Of a stretch of DNA of 64,000 nt, positions 30,286-40,017 are shown in pieces. The notes under the pieces were generated by a model. The model saw only the letters and a list, made by a program, of their open reading frames with translations. It did not search any database and was not told the origin of the DNA. The position numbers and the translations under genes are program-made. Positions within the stretch are counted from its first letter, which is position 1; each line of letters begins with the position of its first letter. The stretch is from a virus: the IMG/VR virus record IMGVR_UViG_3300042502_001710, positions 12,966-76,965 of that record, one strand, 5' to 3'.

Positions 30286-31912
30286 TGATTAGCTCCTTGA
30301 TTTTCATTATTTTATCCAGTAAAGTGATACCGAGAATGTCGAATTTGACGTGTCCTAAAGCTTCTAAATCAGACATTTCTAAACCTGCTATCTTTTCAGA
30401 TCCGTTTTTTTGATTGACCATTGGGCATACTTTATGAAGAGGTTCTGCTGATATAACAACACCAGCAGCATGTTTGCTTTGGGTTTTAAATGTTCCTTCA
30501 ATATCTATTGCTTGCTGAAAATAAACAGCATAATCTCCTTTGAGTTCTCCTTCATCTGAAATGTAGCAATAATCTCTCAATTCTTTGGCGTTGTTTATCA
30601 AAGACCAACGAATAATAGATCGATCTTCTTCATCCATTTCTGCCAATTGATCCGAGATATCGGCTTCATTTGGAATATATCTTGTAATTTCATTCATTTC
30701 GCTAAAGCCACAGGCATTGTTTACTCTTAAAACTTCTTTGATGGCACTTCTGCCTTGAAGTCTTCCAAAGGTTAACATTTGACTAACATTGGTGTTTGTA
30801 TACTTGTCTTTTAAGTAAGCGATGATTTCGTCACGTTTTTCTCCCGGAACGTCCATGTCAATATCTGGCAAAGAGATATGATCCGCAGTGTTTCGTCCAG
30901 CATTATAAAACCTTTCAAACAAAAGGTCAAATTCAATTGGATCAATTTGTGTGATACCAATCAAATAAGATATCAAACAGCCTGCTGCCGACCCTCTGCC
31001 GGGACCGACCATCCAACCTTGACTGCGACAATAGTTTAAAATATCCCAAACTATCAGGAAATATCCAAAGAGATTTGCTTGCTCGATAACTTCATATTCT
31101 CTGCGAAACCTGTCACCATAAACGGTACGTTCATCAACGTTTTTGATTTTGTCGTTCAACAGCTCTTTCCAACCTTGCCTTGCCAATGTTTTTAAAAAGT
31201 CTTTTTCAGACTCTCCGCTTGGAGTAGCAAACGTGGGCAGCATCGGTTGATTGAGAATGTTATAGTTTTCGCATTTATCGAAAATCTCTTGAAAATCATC
31301 GACACGAGCGTCATTCACTAAAATGTGTGATATCTCATTCTTTGCTTTGAGATAGAAATCGTCAGAGGTGAAGAATTGCCAATTCTTGATCGATGGGCAT
31401 TTATTTGATGCCAGCTCTTTCTTTACCTGAGGAAGGGTCATTTTGTTTGCTGAGCAAAGAATAATTCTATGCAATTCAGCTTGATCTTTGTTTGCATAAA
31501 ATGTCTTTGTGAAAGATTCAGACCAAGCGTAGAAATCGTCACCATTGATTGGCGATGAAACTTCTTTCGAAGCTACGCAAATCAAGTTTCCGTTTTTACC
31601 AAGTTGAATCAGTAAAGAAGGATCGTAATTGCCATCTTCATCTATAGAAGATACGATCTGGATCAACTCAAGCCATCCGTTTTTATTCTTAGCGAAAATG
31701 GAAAAGTCATCGAATGAACATCCAATGATAGGCTTGATATCGTTGTCTACACAGGCTTTGTAGAAAGACACGGCTCCGGAAATTGACTTGTAATCAGCTA
31801 TCCCACACGCTGGATAGGAATTCTCTTTACACTTTTTAGCAAGTTCTTTGGGTCTTGAGAAACCATACTGCAAAGAATAGTGTGTGTAATTCAGTAACGG
31901 AAACCATTTCAT
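30278..31912 (-). CDS. dnaE: DNA polymerase III alpha, N-terminal part (degenerate PHP, palm, thumb)
   Basis: YFLIVWD, GPGRGSAAG, LLFERF, SLPDIDMD, HAAGVVI, KFDILG. Confidence 0.9.
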   Translation of the reverse strand: MKWFPLLNYTHYSLQYGFSRPKELAKKCKENSYPACGIADYKSISGAVSFYKACVDNDIKPIIGCSFDDFSIFAKNKNGWLELIQIVSSIDEDGNYDPSLLIQLGKNGNLICVASKEVSSPINGDDFYAWSESFTKTFYANKDQAELHRIILCSANKMTLPQVKKELASNKCPSIKNWQFFTSDDFYLKAKNEISHILVNDARVDDFQEIFDKCENYNILNQPMLPTFATPSGESEKDFLKTLARQGWKELLNDKIKNVDERTVYGDRFRREYEVIEQANLFGYFLIVWDILNYCRSQGWMVGPGRGSAAGCLISYLIGITQIDPIEFDLLFERFYNAGRNTADHISLPDIDMDVPGEKRDEIIAYLKDKYTNTNVSQMLTFGRLQGRSAIKEVLRVNNACGFSEMNEITRYIPNEADISDQLAEMDEEDRSIIRWSLINNAKELRDYCYISDEGELKGDYAVYFQQAIDIEGTFKTQSKHAAGVVISAEPLHKVCPMVNQKNGSEKIAGLEMSDLEALGHVKFDILGITLLDKIMKIKELING

Positions 31913-31956
31913 AAAAACCTTTCAATCTTTTAAACTCAAAGACAGTTCGCTATGCT

Positions 31957-31965
31957 ATTATAGCA
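31957..31965 (-). promoter_or_regulatory. Extended -10 promoter upstream of dnaE-N
   Basis: TGCTATAAT in the intergenic gap. Confidence 0.45.
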
Positions 31966-31985
31966 AGCTATTCGGTTTTTTGCAT

Positions 31986-33401
31986 TCAAATTCTTGTTAT
32001 TTTCATCAATCTGTCAACATGATTTTCTGGTGAAGTATCCCCGAAATTTGTTACTTTTTCAAATTTTAACCCATGCTTACGTAAATGATAATCGTAAAAT
32101 GAATAAGGTCTGCAAACAAATGGGAATTCTAGCCATCTTGCATTATCTTCATTTTTATCTGAAGTATTTATGCTAGCTATACAGACGCCATCATCTTTCA
32201 GGCTGCTAGATATTTTATCTAATACATCGTCTAAAATTTCATCATCTAGGTGAATAAAAACTTGAAAACACAATATAAAATCAAATTTCAAATTTATATC
32301 TGACCATTTATTCGTTAATTTAGGGTTTTTAAAAAGGAGATTATTATCAGAAACTTCCTGTTTAGCCTCAATCAATCTATGTTCTGAAATATCAAACCCA
32401 TAATAATTGTTTACATCTAAGTATTTAATGATAGGAAGACCAACTCTCAAAACTCCGCAGCCAAGGTCTAGTACTTTGTATTCTGGTTTCAATAAATCAA
32501 TAACATATTTTCCAAAATATTTTCTAGCTGAATCAAAATAACCTGCGGTGCATACGAGATTTTGTCTGTACTCAGGAACGTATTTGAATTCGTCTTTTTG
32601 CATCAATGATAAGTAAATGTCTTTGTCTTGTAATATTTTTTTTCTTAACCCTTTATGTACTCTTCGAACACAAGCCATCTCATATGCTTCTTCATTGTCA
32701 GCATCTCCTATCTTAGTAACTCTAGAAGTTTGAGTAGAAGTGATCCTATACATAAGCAATATTTCATCTAAATTTCTTATTTGGTAACCAGCTTTAGCTA
32801 ATATCGAATAGAATATGAAATCAGGAAATTTATTCTTATGTAAATTGAAACTTTTTTGAAAATGACCGATTATATTGCAATCAAATCTTTGTAAGATTTC
32901 TTTCTTCATCATCGTAGTAGGGTTATTGATGCACCAGTTTGTTGTAAAAATAAAATCGTTCACATTAAAGTGATGATAAATCAAAGATTCTTTTGGATTC
33001 ACAGCGTGTTTTATGTCGCTTTTAGCACAAAAAAATTGTATTTGACATCCTAATATATCCACGTCCTCATTTTTAAGAAGAAAATTAAATTGTTTTTCTA
33101 ACCTTTCTGGCAACATTATATCGTCAGAATCCATGAAAGCGATATATTTACAATCAAAATCTAGGGAATCTTTTGCATATATCCTATTAGTTATGTCACC
33201 TAAATTTTTAGGTGAGAACAAAACTCTTATTTTTTCATCTTTAATATTTTTTAGATATTTTATAGTATCAGGATTATTACTTGCGTCATCGACGATTATC
33301 AACGTCCAACTTTTTAAAGATTGACTTTTAATGCTCTCAATTGCTTCTTGCAGGAATGTTACGCAAGTATTATATACTGGCATTATTATATTTACGACCA
33401 T
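31986..33401 (-). CDS. GT2 glycosyltransferase fused to a class I methyltransferase
   Basis: IMPVYN, VDDAS, MDSDD; C-terminal VLDLGCG..R, VFIHL. Confidence 0.8.
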   Translation of the reverse strand: MVVNIIMPVYNTCVTFLQEAIESIKSQSLKSWTLIIVDDASNNPDTIKYLKNIKDEKIRVLFSPKNLGDITNRIYAKDSLDFDCKYIAFMDSDDIMLPERLEKQFNFLLKNEDVDILGCQIQFFCAKSDIKHAVNPKESLIYHHFNVNDFIFTTNWCINNPTTMMKKEILQRFDCNIIGHFQKSFNLHKNKFPDFIFYSILAKAGYQIRNLDEILLMYRITSTQTSRVTKIGDADNEEAYEMACVRRVHKGLRKKILQDKDIYLSLMQKDEFKYVPEYRQNLVCTAGYFDSARKYFGKYVIDLLKPEYKVLDLGCGVLRVGLPIIKYLDVNNYYGFDISEHRLIEAKQEVSDNNLLFKNPKLTNKWSDINLKFDFILCFQVFIHLDDEILDDVLDKISSSLKDDGVCIASINTSDKNEDNARWLEFPFVCRPYSFYDYHLRKHGLKFEKVTNFGDTSPENHVDRLMKITRI

Positions 33402-35374
33402 AGTACATTATCCCAAGATTGTTTGAAATGATCAGAAGAGTAGTTATCCTTTATAAAGGATTTATTTTTAGCTTCCTTTATTGATTGGTCACATATTCTT
33501 ATTTCTTTAACCCACTCAGAATAATGAGCTTCATACGGAATAATTTTATCGGAATACTTTCCAACTCCAGCAGAACTTGATACGCTAGGTATGCCATTCG
33601 CTATACTTTCAGCTATTGATATACCAAACGACTCGTCCAAAGATGTCGATAAGGACAAAGAGCACATGCTAAATAAATCAGACATGTCTTCTAAAAGACC
33701 GTAAAAGAATACGTTACTAATGTCTGGAGATAGCATTCTTGTTTCTACTGAATTTATAATTTCCTGTGTGCATATTGATGGTATCCAGTTTCCAGCGATA
33801 TGAAAAGTATAATCTGGCATAGCTTCAATTATATCTAATAAAATACTGAGACCTTTATTTGTCTCTAACCTATGATGCCATAGAACATTTTTTCTTATAG
33901 GATTTCTTGTTATATCTTTTTCTTTTATTATAGGAGGTATATGTATTCCATTGTGTTTTTTCACTACATGTTCATCTACGCATACAAACTTGTCTGGTTT
34001 GAAAAACTTTAATATGTCATCTATAACACTGACTCTTAAGCTTCCATGAGATATAAATATGATTTTTTTGTTTTTAGGATTTAATAACCAAAAGTCTGGT
34101 ATTGGCATACTGTGAATCCAGTAAATCCAGTAAATGATTATGTCAGATTTCTCGTAAAGCTCATGCATGTGATCTATTGTGAATCCTCTTTTCAATCCAC
34201 ATGTGACATCATTATACTCTGGAACATCTTCGACAGCTACTATTCCAGTTATATCATCTTTATAAAATGAAACAAAGTCATTCAACCAAGTCAATGCTCC
34301 TCCGGGCATCAAATTATTAAAAAATATTCCAATCTTGTTCTTAACGAAGAAATCAGTGTCATAATCTAAATTTTTACTAACAAGATTTACTTTTTTCAAA
34401 TTTTCAAAATGAAATTTAGTGTTGTTGTACTGCTCTTCTTTATTTAGAGTAAAGTCTCCAAGACTAAATTGATTTAATACATATTTTCTGTATTCAGGTT
34501 TATTATTAAGTCCGTTCAAATGAATAAAATAAGAATCATGTGTAAAATACCAAAAATATTTTCCTTCATATTCACAATTAAATTTGTGAGTAAGATTATT
34601 AAATTTTTCCTCTGGAAGCTCCAAAGTTAAAAGATGTTGATCAAAACACCAAAATTTAGTATATGGACTGCTTGGTTGTTTATAATAATCCGCCAAAGCG
34701 TTTGGTACAACAAGAACGCCACCGTTGATCATTGATTCTGTTATGAATTCGCCATTTTTTACATACTCTTCTTTTATCTCTTCTGGAAAGGAGTCTAGTG
34801 TGGTGAGAAATATAGATTCTTGTTGCTTTCTGATCCATCCAGTATCATTTCTTTGTTTAAAAATCTCATATTCATCGTATGCAGATATTTTATCATCTGG
34901 TGTTAGCTCAAATATATTCGGAGCATCATCCTTTACGACAATGTCACAATCTAAATATAATGTTTTGTCATACGCTTTTGCTACCCTGTTTAGTCTATAT
35001 TTATTTGACATAGGCCAATTTGGGTTTTGATCTCCAGACAACTCTATGTAATCAGCACCACATTTTTCTGCGTACTTCTTTACGCCAGACCGTGTGATAT
35101 CAAGCAATTCCATAGCGGAATCATTCGCGGGAATGACACACACAGCGTATTTACTTTTTTTCTCTGGTAGAATATCAAAGAAATTTACTATGTCAGCTTT
35201 TGTTTCGTCAGGGGCTTTTTTTAAAACCCTCACAGTACTATCCATTTTATTAAAATAGTCACGACGCTGATCCTCTGACAGTGATTTGCACCACTGCCAG
35301 TTTGGAGGATCATACGTCATTTCTTTTTTGAATAAATCACACCAACCGGCATTTTCACATTGACATTCAGGCAT
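33392..35374 (-). CDS. Cys-rich leader plus GT8-like plus GT4 fusion protein
   Basis: MPECQC..GWC..WQWC; LYLDCD, INGGV, DQH; C-terminal ESFGISIAESIANGIP. Confidence 0.75.
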   Translation of the reverse strand: MPECQCENAGWCDLFKKEMTYDPPNWQWCKSLSEDQRRDYFNKMDSTVRVLKKAPDETKADIVNFFDILPEKKSKYAVCVIPANDSAMELLDITRSGVKKYAEKCGADYIELSGDQNPNWPMSNKYRLNRVAKAYDKTLYLDCDIVVKDDAPNIFELTPDDKISAYDEYEIFKQRNDTGWIRKQQESIFLTTLDSFPEEIKEEYVKNGEFITESMINGGVLVVPNALADYYKQPSSPYTKFWCFDQHLLTLELPEEKFNNLTHKFNCEYEGKYFWYFTHDSYFIHLNGLNNKPEYRKYVLNQFSLGDFTLNKEEQYNNTKFHFENLKKVNLVSKNLDYDTDFFVKNKIGIFFNNLMPGGALTWLNDFVSFYKDDITGIVAVEDVPEYNDVTCGLKRGFTIDHMHELYEKSDIIIYWIYWIHSMPIPDFWLLNPKNKKIIFISHGSLRVSVIDDILKFFKPDKFVCVDEHVVKKHNGIHIPPIIKEKDITRNPIRKNVLWHHRLETNKGLSILLDIIEAMPDYTFHIAGNWIPSICTQEIINSVETRMLSPDISNVFFYGLLEDMSDLFSMCSLSLSTSLDESFGISIAESIANGIPSVSSSAGVGKYSDKIIPYEAHYSEWVKEIRICDQSIKEAKNKSFIKDNYSSDHFKQSWDNVLWS

Positions 35375-35421
35375 GATCTACTCCTGTTTTATTTGAAATA
35401 ATAACACAACTGTACATATAC

Positions 35422-36423
35422 TCACCAGTTACGGCAGCTCCAATATCGTGCTTTAAATTTTGGACCGGGATTGTCACAATTATGACGCGCCCTGAAGCTT
35501 TTACGACGCTCTGGGTTATTCTTCTTGATTGTCATGTTGGGATCACCGAAATTGACCTTGACAACATTGCCCTTTTCGTTCTTTACGTACACACTGAACT
35601 TCTTTGGACCGTCAGGAGTTCTGAAAGGTTTGCCCAACTGAACCTTGCGACCCTGATATTCAGAGGCGTTTGCCGGGGTCAAAATTCTTCCCTCTTTTCT
35701 ATAAATACCCTGACGCTTGTACGTATAGATTTCACCAGTCTTTGGGTCTTCATATTTAAATTTTGCTTCAGATTCATCTTCAGTGTCATCCTCTTCATCT
35801 TCTATTTTATTTGTTTCAATAAAATCATAGATGTTCTGAATATAAATCTCAGCCTTGGAAATCATATCCTTGGTCCACTCTTCAAAAGTAATACCTTCGA
35901 GATATTCTTCAATTTCCATCAATTGTTCATGCATCTTTTTGAGTTGCTCTCGTTGCATTTGACCTTCATCGTAAGCTGCAAAAGCGATCTTTAGCAATGA
36001 CTGTGCCTTTTTCCAAGACTTTGGGTCTGGGCGATCTGGATCTCCGGGTTTTGCTGGCTTATAATTTTTGCCTTCACGGTCTCTCTTTTTGTTGATATTA
36101 TCCCACAGTCCCGGCTTTGCTACAGAAACATCCCAAATTTCAACTTCTGATTCTTCAAAAGATACTTCATCGGTGGTCACGTATTCGTGTGAATGTGGAA
36201 TATAAAAATTATCTTCATTGATTTCTTCTTCAGAACCATAAGCGTCAAAATACATTTGAAAATCTGCTGATGCGATATAATTCATATCTTCGCAAGCTTT
36301 GCTCATACAAACAGCAACTCTTTGCTCTTTGTCTGGATAATCTTTTCCCATATTTGGGTCACTCATGCAACGACTCATAAAATTATTTGAGTCTTCATTT
36401 TTTTGCTTCTTTGGAATTGGCAT
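35422..36423 (-). CDS. Modular basic/acidic phage protein, possible internal head protein
   Basis: Short modules (FMSRCM..QRVAVC; KPGLWDNI; EYQGRKV...RRKSFRARHNC...ARYWSC) separated by acidic linkers. Confidence 0.6.
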   Translation of the reverse strand: MPIPKKQKNEDSNNFMSRCMSDPNMGKDYPDKEQRVAVCMSKACEDMNYIASADFQMYFDAYGSEEEINEDNFYIPHSHEYVTTDEVSFEESEVEIWDVSVAKPGLWDNINKKRDREGKNYKPAKPGDPDRPDPKSWKKAQSLLKIAFAAYDEGQMQREQLKKMHEQLMEIEEYLEGITFEEWTKDMISKAEIYIQNIYDFIETNKIEDEEDDTEDESEAKFKYEDPKTGEIYTYKRQGIYRKEGRILTPANASEYQGRKVQLGKPFRTPDGPKKFSVYVKNEKGNVVKVNFGDPNMTIKKNNPERRKSFRARHNCDNPGPKFKARYWSCRNW

Positions 36424-36446
36424 TTACATCTCCTTGTGATTTAAAA

Positions 36447-37679
36447 TTAAACGAGTTCTTTGATTGCGTTTCCGCCATTTGCGATACGCATTGGTCGTCC
36501 ATTTTTCGACGTATAATCTTTGCTGGTGTCTATATCAAGAGCAGAACAAACGGTTGCCATAAGGTCTGAAGCTTGATAGATCGATCCTTGAGGTTGAGTT
36601 CCGTCTTCTGAAGTTGATCCAATGACTTGCCCATTCTTGAACAACCCACCTGAAACAAAAGCGCTCCAACTCATAGCCCAGTGATCTCTGCCAGCATCCC
36701 GATTGATTTTGGGCGTTCGACCAAACTCGCCCATCATGATGATAGCGGTATTTTCCCACATGTCAAGTCTTTTCAGATCAACTATCAATGCGGAAATTGC
36801 TTTGTCTAATTCTGGCAATTTATTGTCTTTTAGCGTTTCGTGAGTCATTTGATGCAAATCCCAGCCTCCAAATCCAACTTCCACAAAAGGAACTCCGACT
36901 TGAATCAAACGGCGTGCCATCAATACGCTTCGGCCAAAGCTAGTGTTTCCATAAGCGTCTTTCGTTTGTTGAGGTTCTGTGTCAACCTTGAGAGCATCCA
37001 TCTGTGGAGAAGTATTTAACTTTATGGTTTTTTCATACAGCTTTTTATGGTCTCTTGGCAATTCTCCTCGTCTAGAATTGATAAAATTATCTTCGACAAA
37101 AGATAAAGCGTCCAAACGATTCAGATTGAGTTTGTTGCCTAGATTATTTACATTTCCATTGGAATCTACCACAAAGGGATTGTGCGAAGTTCCTAAAAAT
37201 CCACCGCCTACACTTCCAGTGTTGACAGAAAAAAACGATGGAATATCTAGTTCTTTTCTGTTTTTTCCAAGTTCAAAAGATGCCACAGAGCCAATGGATG
37301 GATGCTGCACTGTTGGAGAGGGTTTGAATCCAGTGTGCATATAATATGCTCCACGCTCATGATCTGCTTCTTGAGTGGACATGCTTCTGATCAAAGAAAA
37401 GCTATCGCCAAGCTGTGCCAACAAAGGCAGATGTTCACAAATCTGAAAATCCCCAGTTGTGCTGATAGGCTTGAATGGACCACCGTTCTTGGTGTTTGGT
37501 TTCAAGTCCCACATATCGATAGTTGGAGGACCGCCGCCCAGCCATATTAAAATTGCAGATTTTTCTTGTTTGCGTAATTTAGACGCATTTTCAATGATAC
37601 TATGACCAAAAGCGTAAGATGTGGAGGCTAAAGCTGCAAGTCCACCAACATGCTCTAAGAAATGTCTTCTGTTTATCAT
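36447..37679 (-). CDS. DUF1501 protein with Tat signal
   Basis: NRRHFL; LGGGPPTIDMWDLKP; WDLH; GEFGRTP; GRDHW. Confidence 0.88.
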   Translation of the reverse strand: MINRRHFLEHVGGLAALASTSYAFGHSIIENASKLRKQEKSAILIWLGGGPPTIDMWDLKPNTKNGGPFKPISTTGDFQICEHLPLLAQLGDSFSLIRSMSTQEADHERGAYYMHTGFKPSPTVQHPSIGSVASFELGKNRKELDIPSFFSVNTGSVGGGFLGTSHNPFVVDSNGNVNNLGNKLNLNRLDALSFVEDNFINSRRGELPRDHKKLYEKTIKLNTSPQMDALKVDTEPQQTKDAYGNTSFGRSVLMARRLIQVGVPFVEVGFGGWDLHQMTHETLKDNKLPELDKAISALIVDLKRLDMWENTAIIMMGEFGRTPKINRDAGRDHWAMSWSAFVSGGLFKNGQVIGSTSEDGTQPQGSIYQASDLMATVCSALDIDTSKDYTSKNGRPMRIANGGNAIKELV

Positions 37680-38953
37680 ATAATAATATCCTTTATAATT
37701 TTTCCAAAATCAACAATCTCTATCGGTCTGCCTCCGGGGGCCATGAGTTCTTTATCAGCATTGATTCCCATTTGATGGTAGATTGTCGTTGCCCAATCAT
37801 GAATTTCAACCGGATTGTTTTGAGGCTCTGATCCAGTTGTGTCTGAAGATCCGTAAACAATACCACCCTTGATTCCGCCTCCAGCAAGAACTGAACTGAA
37901 AACTCTAGGCCAATGGTCTCGTCCTCCTGTAGAATTAATTTTTGGAGTTCTTCCAAATTCAGAAATTACACAAACCAAAGTTGAACTCAAAAGCCCTCTG
38001 TCTGATAGATCTTGAATCAATGAAGCAAAACCTTGATCAAAAGCTGGAAGTTGAGATTTGATACCATTTTCTATACCGTCATGCATATCCCAACTGCCAT
38101 ATGTCAAGGTGACGAACCTTGCTCCAGCTTCCACAAGTCTACGAGCCAAAAGCATTCTGGCTCCAGCGGTATTTCTACCGTATCTGTCTCGTGTTTCTGG
38201 CGATTCTTTTTCTAGCTTAAATGCTTCTTGAGTCTCAGAATTTCCTATCAAGTCATAGGCTTTGTCATAAAAGGAGTTCATAGCCATCAAAGTATCTGCC
38301 GATTTATTTTGATTGATAAAATCTGAGTTTATCAGATCCAAAGCTTTTTTTCTTTTGTCGAATCTTTTGGCGTCGATTTGAAGAGCAAGATCTTTTACCT
38401 TAAAATTATCACTAGCAGGATCAGAGTTAAGATCAAAAGATCCAAAAGAACTGCTCAGATAACCAGTTCCAGCAAATTCATTTGATTGATTTGGAATAGA
38501 GATGTACGCAGGTATACTGTTTTTAGATCCAAACTCATGACTTACAACGGCTCCTATGGATGGGTATTGAATCGCTGGACTTGGTTTATATCCAGTGAAT
38601 ATATTGTGTGTGCCTCGTTCATGAGCAGCTTCACCATGAGTCATGGAGCGAAGTATTGTTAACTTGTCTGCAATCGTCGCTGTTTTCACCAAAGACTCAT
38701 TTAGCTGAATACCATCGACATTGGTGTTGATTGGCTTCATCGACCCTCGGTACTCTACAGGCACATTGATTTTAGGATCAAATGATTCCTGAGCAGCAAT
38801 GCCTCCGGGAAGATATATAAAAATCACACTCTTTGCTGTGCCTTCCACACTGCTGTGACTCTTTATGTCAGCAAGCGTCATATTATGACCGATTGCAGCT
38901 AAAACTCCAGCTTGCAAGAAGCCTCTGCGACCAATGTGAACATGGTGTAACAT
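37676..38953 (-). CDS. DUF1501 protein with Tat signal
   Basis: GRRGFL; AKSVIFIYLPGG..ESFDPK; ARRLVEAGARFV; WDMH; SEFGRTP; GRDHW. Confidence 0.88.
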   Translation of the reverse strand: MLHHVHIGRRGFLQAGVLAAIGHNMTLADIKSHSSVEGTAKSVIFIYLPGGIAAQESFDPKINVPVEYRGSMKPINTNVDGIQLNESLVKTATIADKLTILRSMTHGEAAHERGTHNIFTGYKPSPAIQYPSIGAVVSHEFGSKNSIPAYISIPNQSNEFAGTGYLSSSFGSFDLNSDPASDNFKVKDLALQIDAKRFDKRKKALDLINSDFINQNKSADTLMAMNSFYDKAYDLIGNSETQEAFKLEKESPETRDRYGRNTAGARMLLARRLVEAGARFVTLTYGSWDMHDGIENGIKSQLPAFDQGFASLIQDLSDRGLLSSTLVCVISEFGRTPKINSTGGRDHWPRVFSSVLAGGGIKGGIVYGSSDTTGSEPQNNPVEIHDWATTIYHQMGINADKELMAPGGRPIEIVDFGKIIKDIII

Positions 38954-38970
38954 GATAAATCTTTCTTTTT

Positions 38971-40008
38971 TTAGCCCGGTGCTTCATAGAAACCTATGTT
39001 GAAACCGGGACGGGTGCAATCTTTGATAGTCTCTTTCATGCCGTGTTGTTTTAAATGCTTCTCTATGTATATACACATATTCTCATTGGTGTCCTCCCAA
39101 TTGTTTTTGCAAAAATGACACAGATATTTACATTTCATATTGTTTCTTGTTGGATCTACAGGCTTTGGATTATTGTTTTGTTGAATCTCTAAAAACCTGT
39201 TTTTAAGTTTTTCTAGAAACCTTTGTTCATCTTCTGGTCCAAAGCAAATGCTGAAAGGTTTTGGATCTGGCTTACCGTCAGGATCTTTATAAAAGAAGAT
39301 GCTCATTATTCTATTGGGAAAATCTTTATACAATTTGGAAATAGCGTAAAAATATAAAAGCAACTGAGGGTCATCTTCCAGCTTCTTGTAATCTTTGGCT
39401 TGTCCGGTAGCCCAATCCATACGTCTTCCACTTTTCCAGTCGATAACTTCTATTGTAGAGTCATTCACCAAGGTTGTCAAGTCAATGGTTCCTTTTATTG
39501 CCAGTTGACCCTTGACCATTTTGCCGTCTATTTCATATTCAAATTTAGCCCATTCTTCTTCTATAAGAATATCAAAATGAGCTTCTGGATGATGAATGTT
39601 TCTGTTTCTGGGGTCAAACAGTCCATCTGTATGCGTTAAAAAAGCAAAAACCGTATTTCGAACATCTGCTTTATCACTTTTAAGAAATTTATGTTTTGAA
39701 CCATCTGAATATTTTAATATCGATAGATCAATAATTTTATCCACAAACCCATCGGTATAAAGCTCATCTTTTGAAACCTTTATCTTGCCGCATTTATCGT
39801 CTTGTATTTCAAAAATCTTTTTGCGTGGATTATCTTGTTGATACTTTTTAAAGGAAGCTAAAATTTCCATAACTTTATGTGACATCGTTCCCATATCTGC
39901 CTTTTTGCCACTGTCAGATTGCCATCCCAAGACATAAGTCAAAAAATATTGCATTTGGCAAAAGTCATAATTGTTGTAGCTGGAACTTCTTACATATGTT
40001 ACTAGCAT
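38971..40008 (-). CDS. PD-(D/E)XK nuclease, Cas4/AddB-like, with predicted Fe-S cysteines
   Basis: N-terminal C, GTIDL, IDWKSG, QLLLY, C-terminal CKYLCHFC. Confidence 0.8.
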   Translation of the reverse strand: MLVTYVRSSSYNNYDFCQMQYFLTYVLGWQSDSGKKADMGTMSHKVMEILASFKKYQQDNPRKKIFEIQDDKCGKIKVSKDELYTDGFVDKIIDLSILKYSDGSKHKFLKSDKADVRNTVFAFLTHTDGLFDPRNRNIHHPEAHFDILIEEEWAKFEYEIDGKMVKGQLAIKGTIDLTTLVNDSTIEVIDWKSGRRMDWATGQAKDYKKLEDDPQLLLYFYAISKLYKDFPNRIMSIFFYKDPDGKPDPKPFSICFGPEDEQRFLEKLKNRFLEIQQNNNPKPVDPTRNNMKCKYLCHFCKNNWEDTNENMCIYIEKHLKQHGMKETIKDCTRPGFNIGFYEAPG

Positions 40009-40017
40009 CAGATTCCT

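Noticed and set aside
30270-30300. Programmed frameshift fusing DnaE-N to the exonuclease
   Set aside because: No slippery heptamer at the 8-bp overlap, and the exonuclease has its own AAGGAG RBS and ATG
29560-30300. Intein or intron rejoining the dnaE halves
   Set aside because: No Cys/Ser-start block A or terminal HN/SN motif, and no non-coding space for a ribozyme
38971-40008. CRISPR-Cas system implied by the Cas4-like gene
   Set aside because: Stand-alone PD-(D/E)XK nucleases are common in phage replication modules; no array or other cas genes
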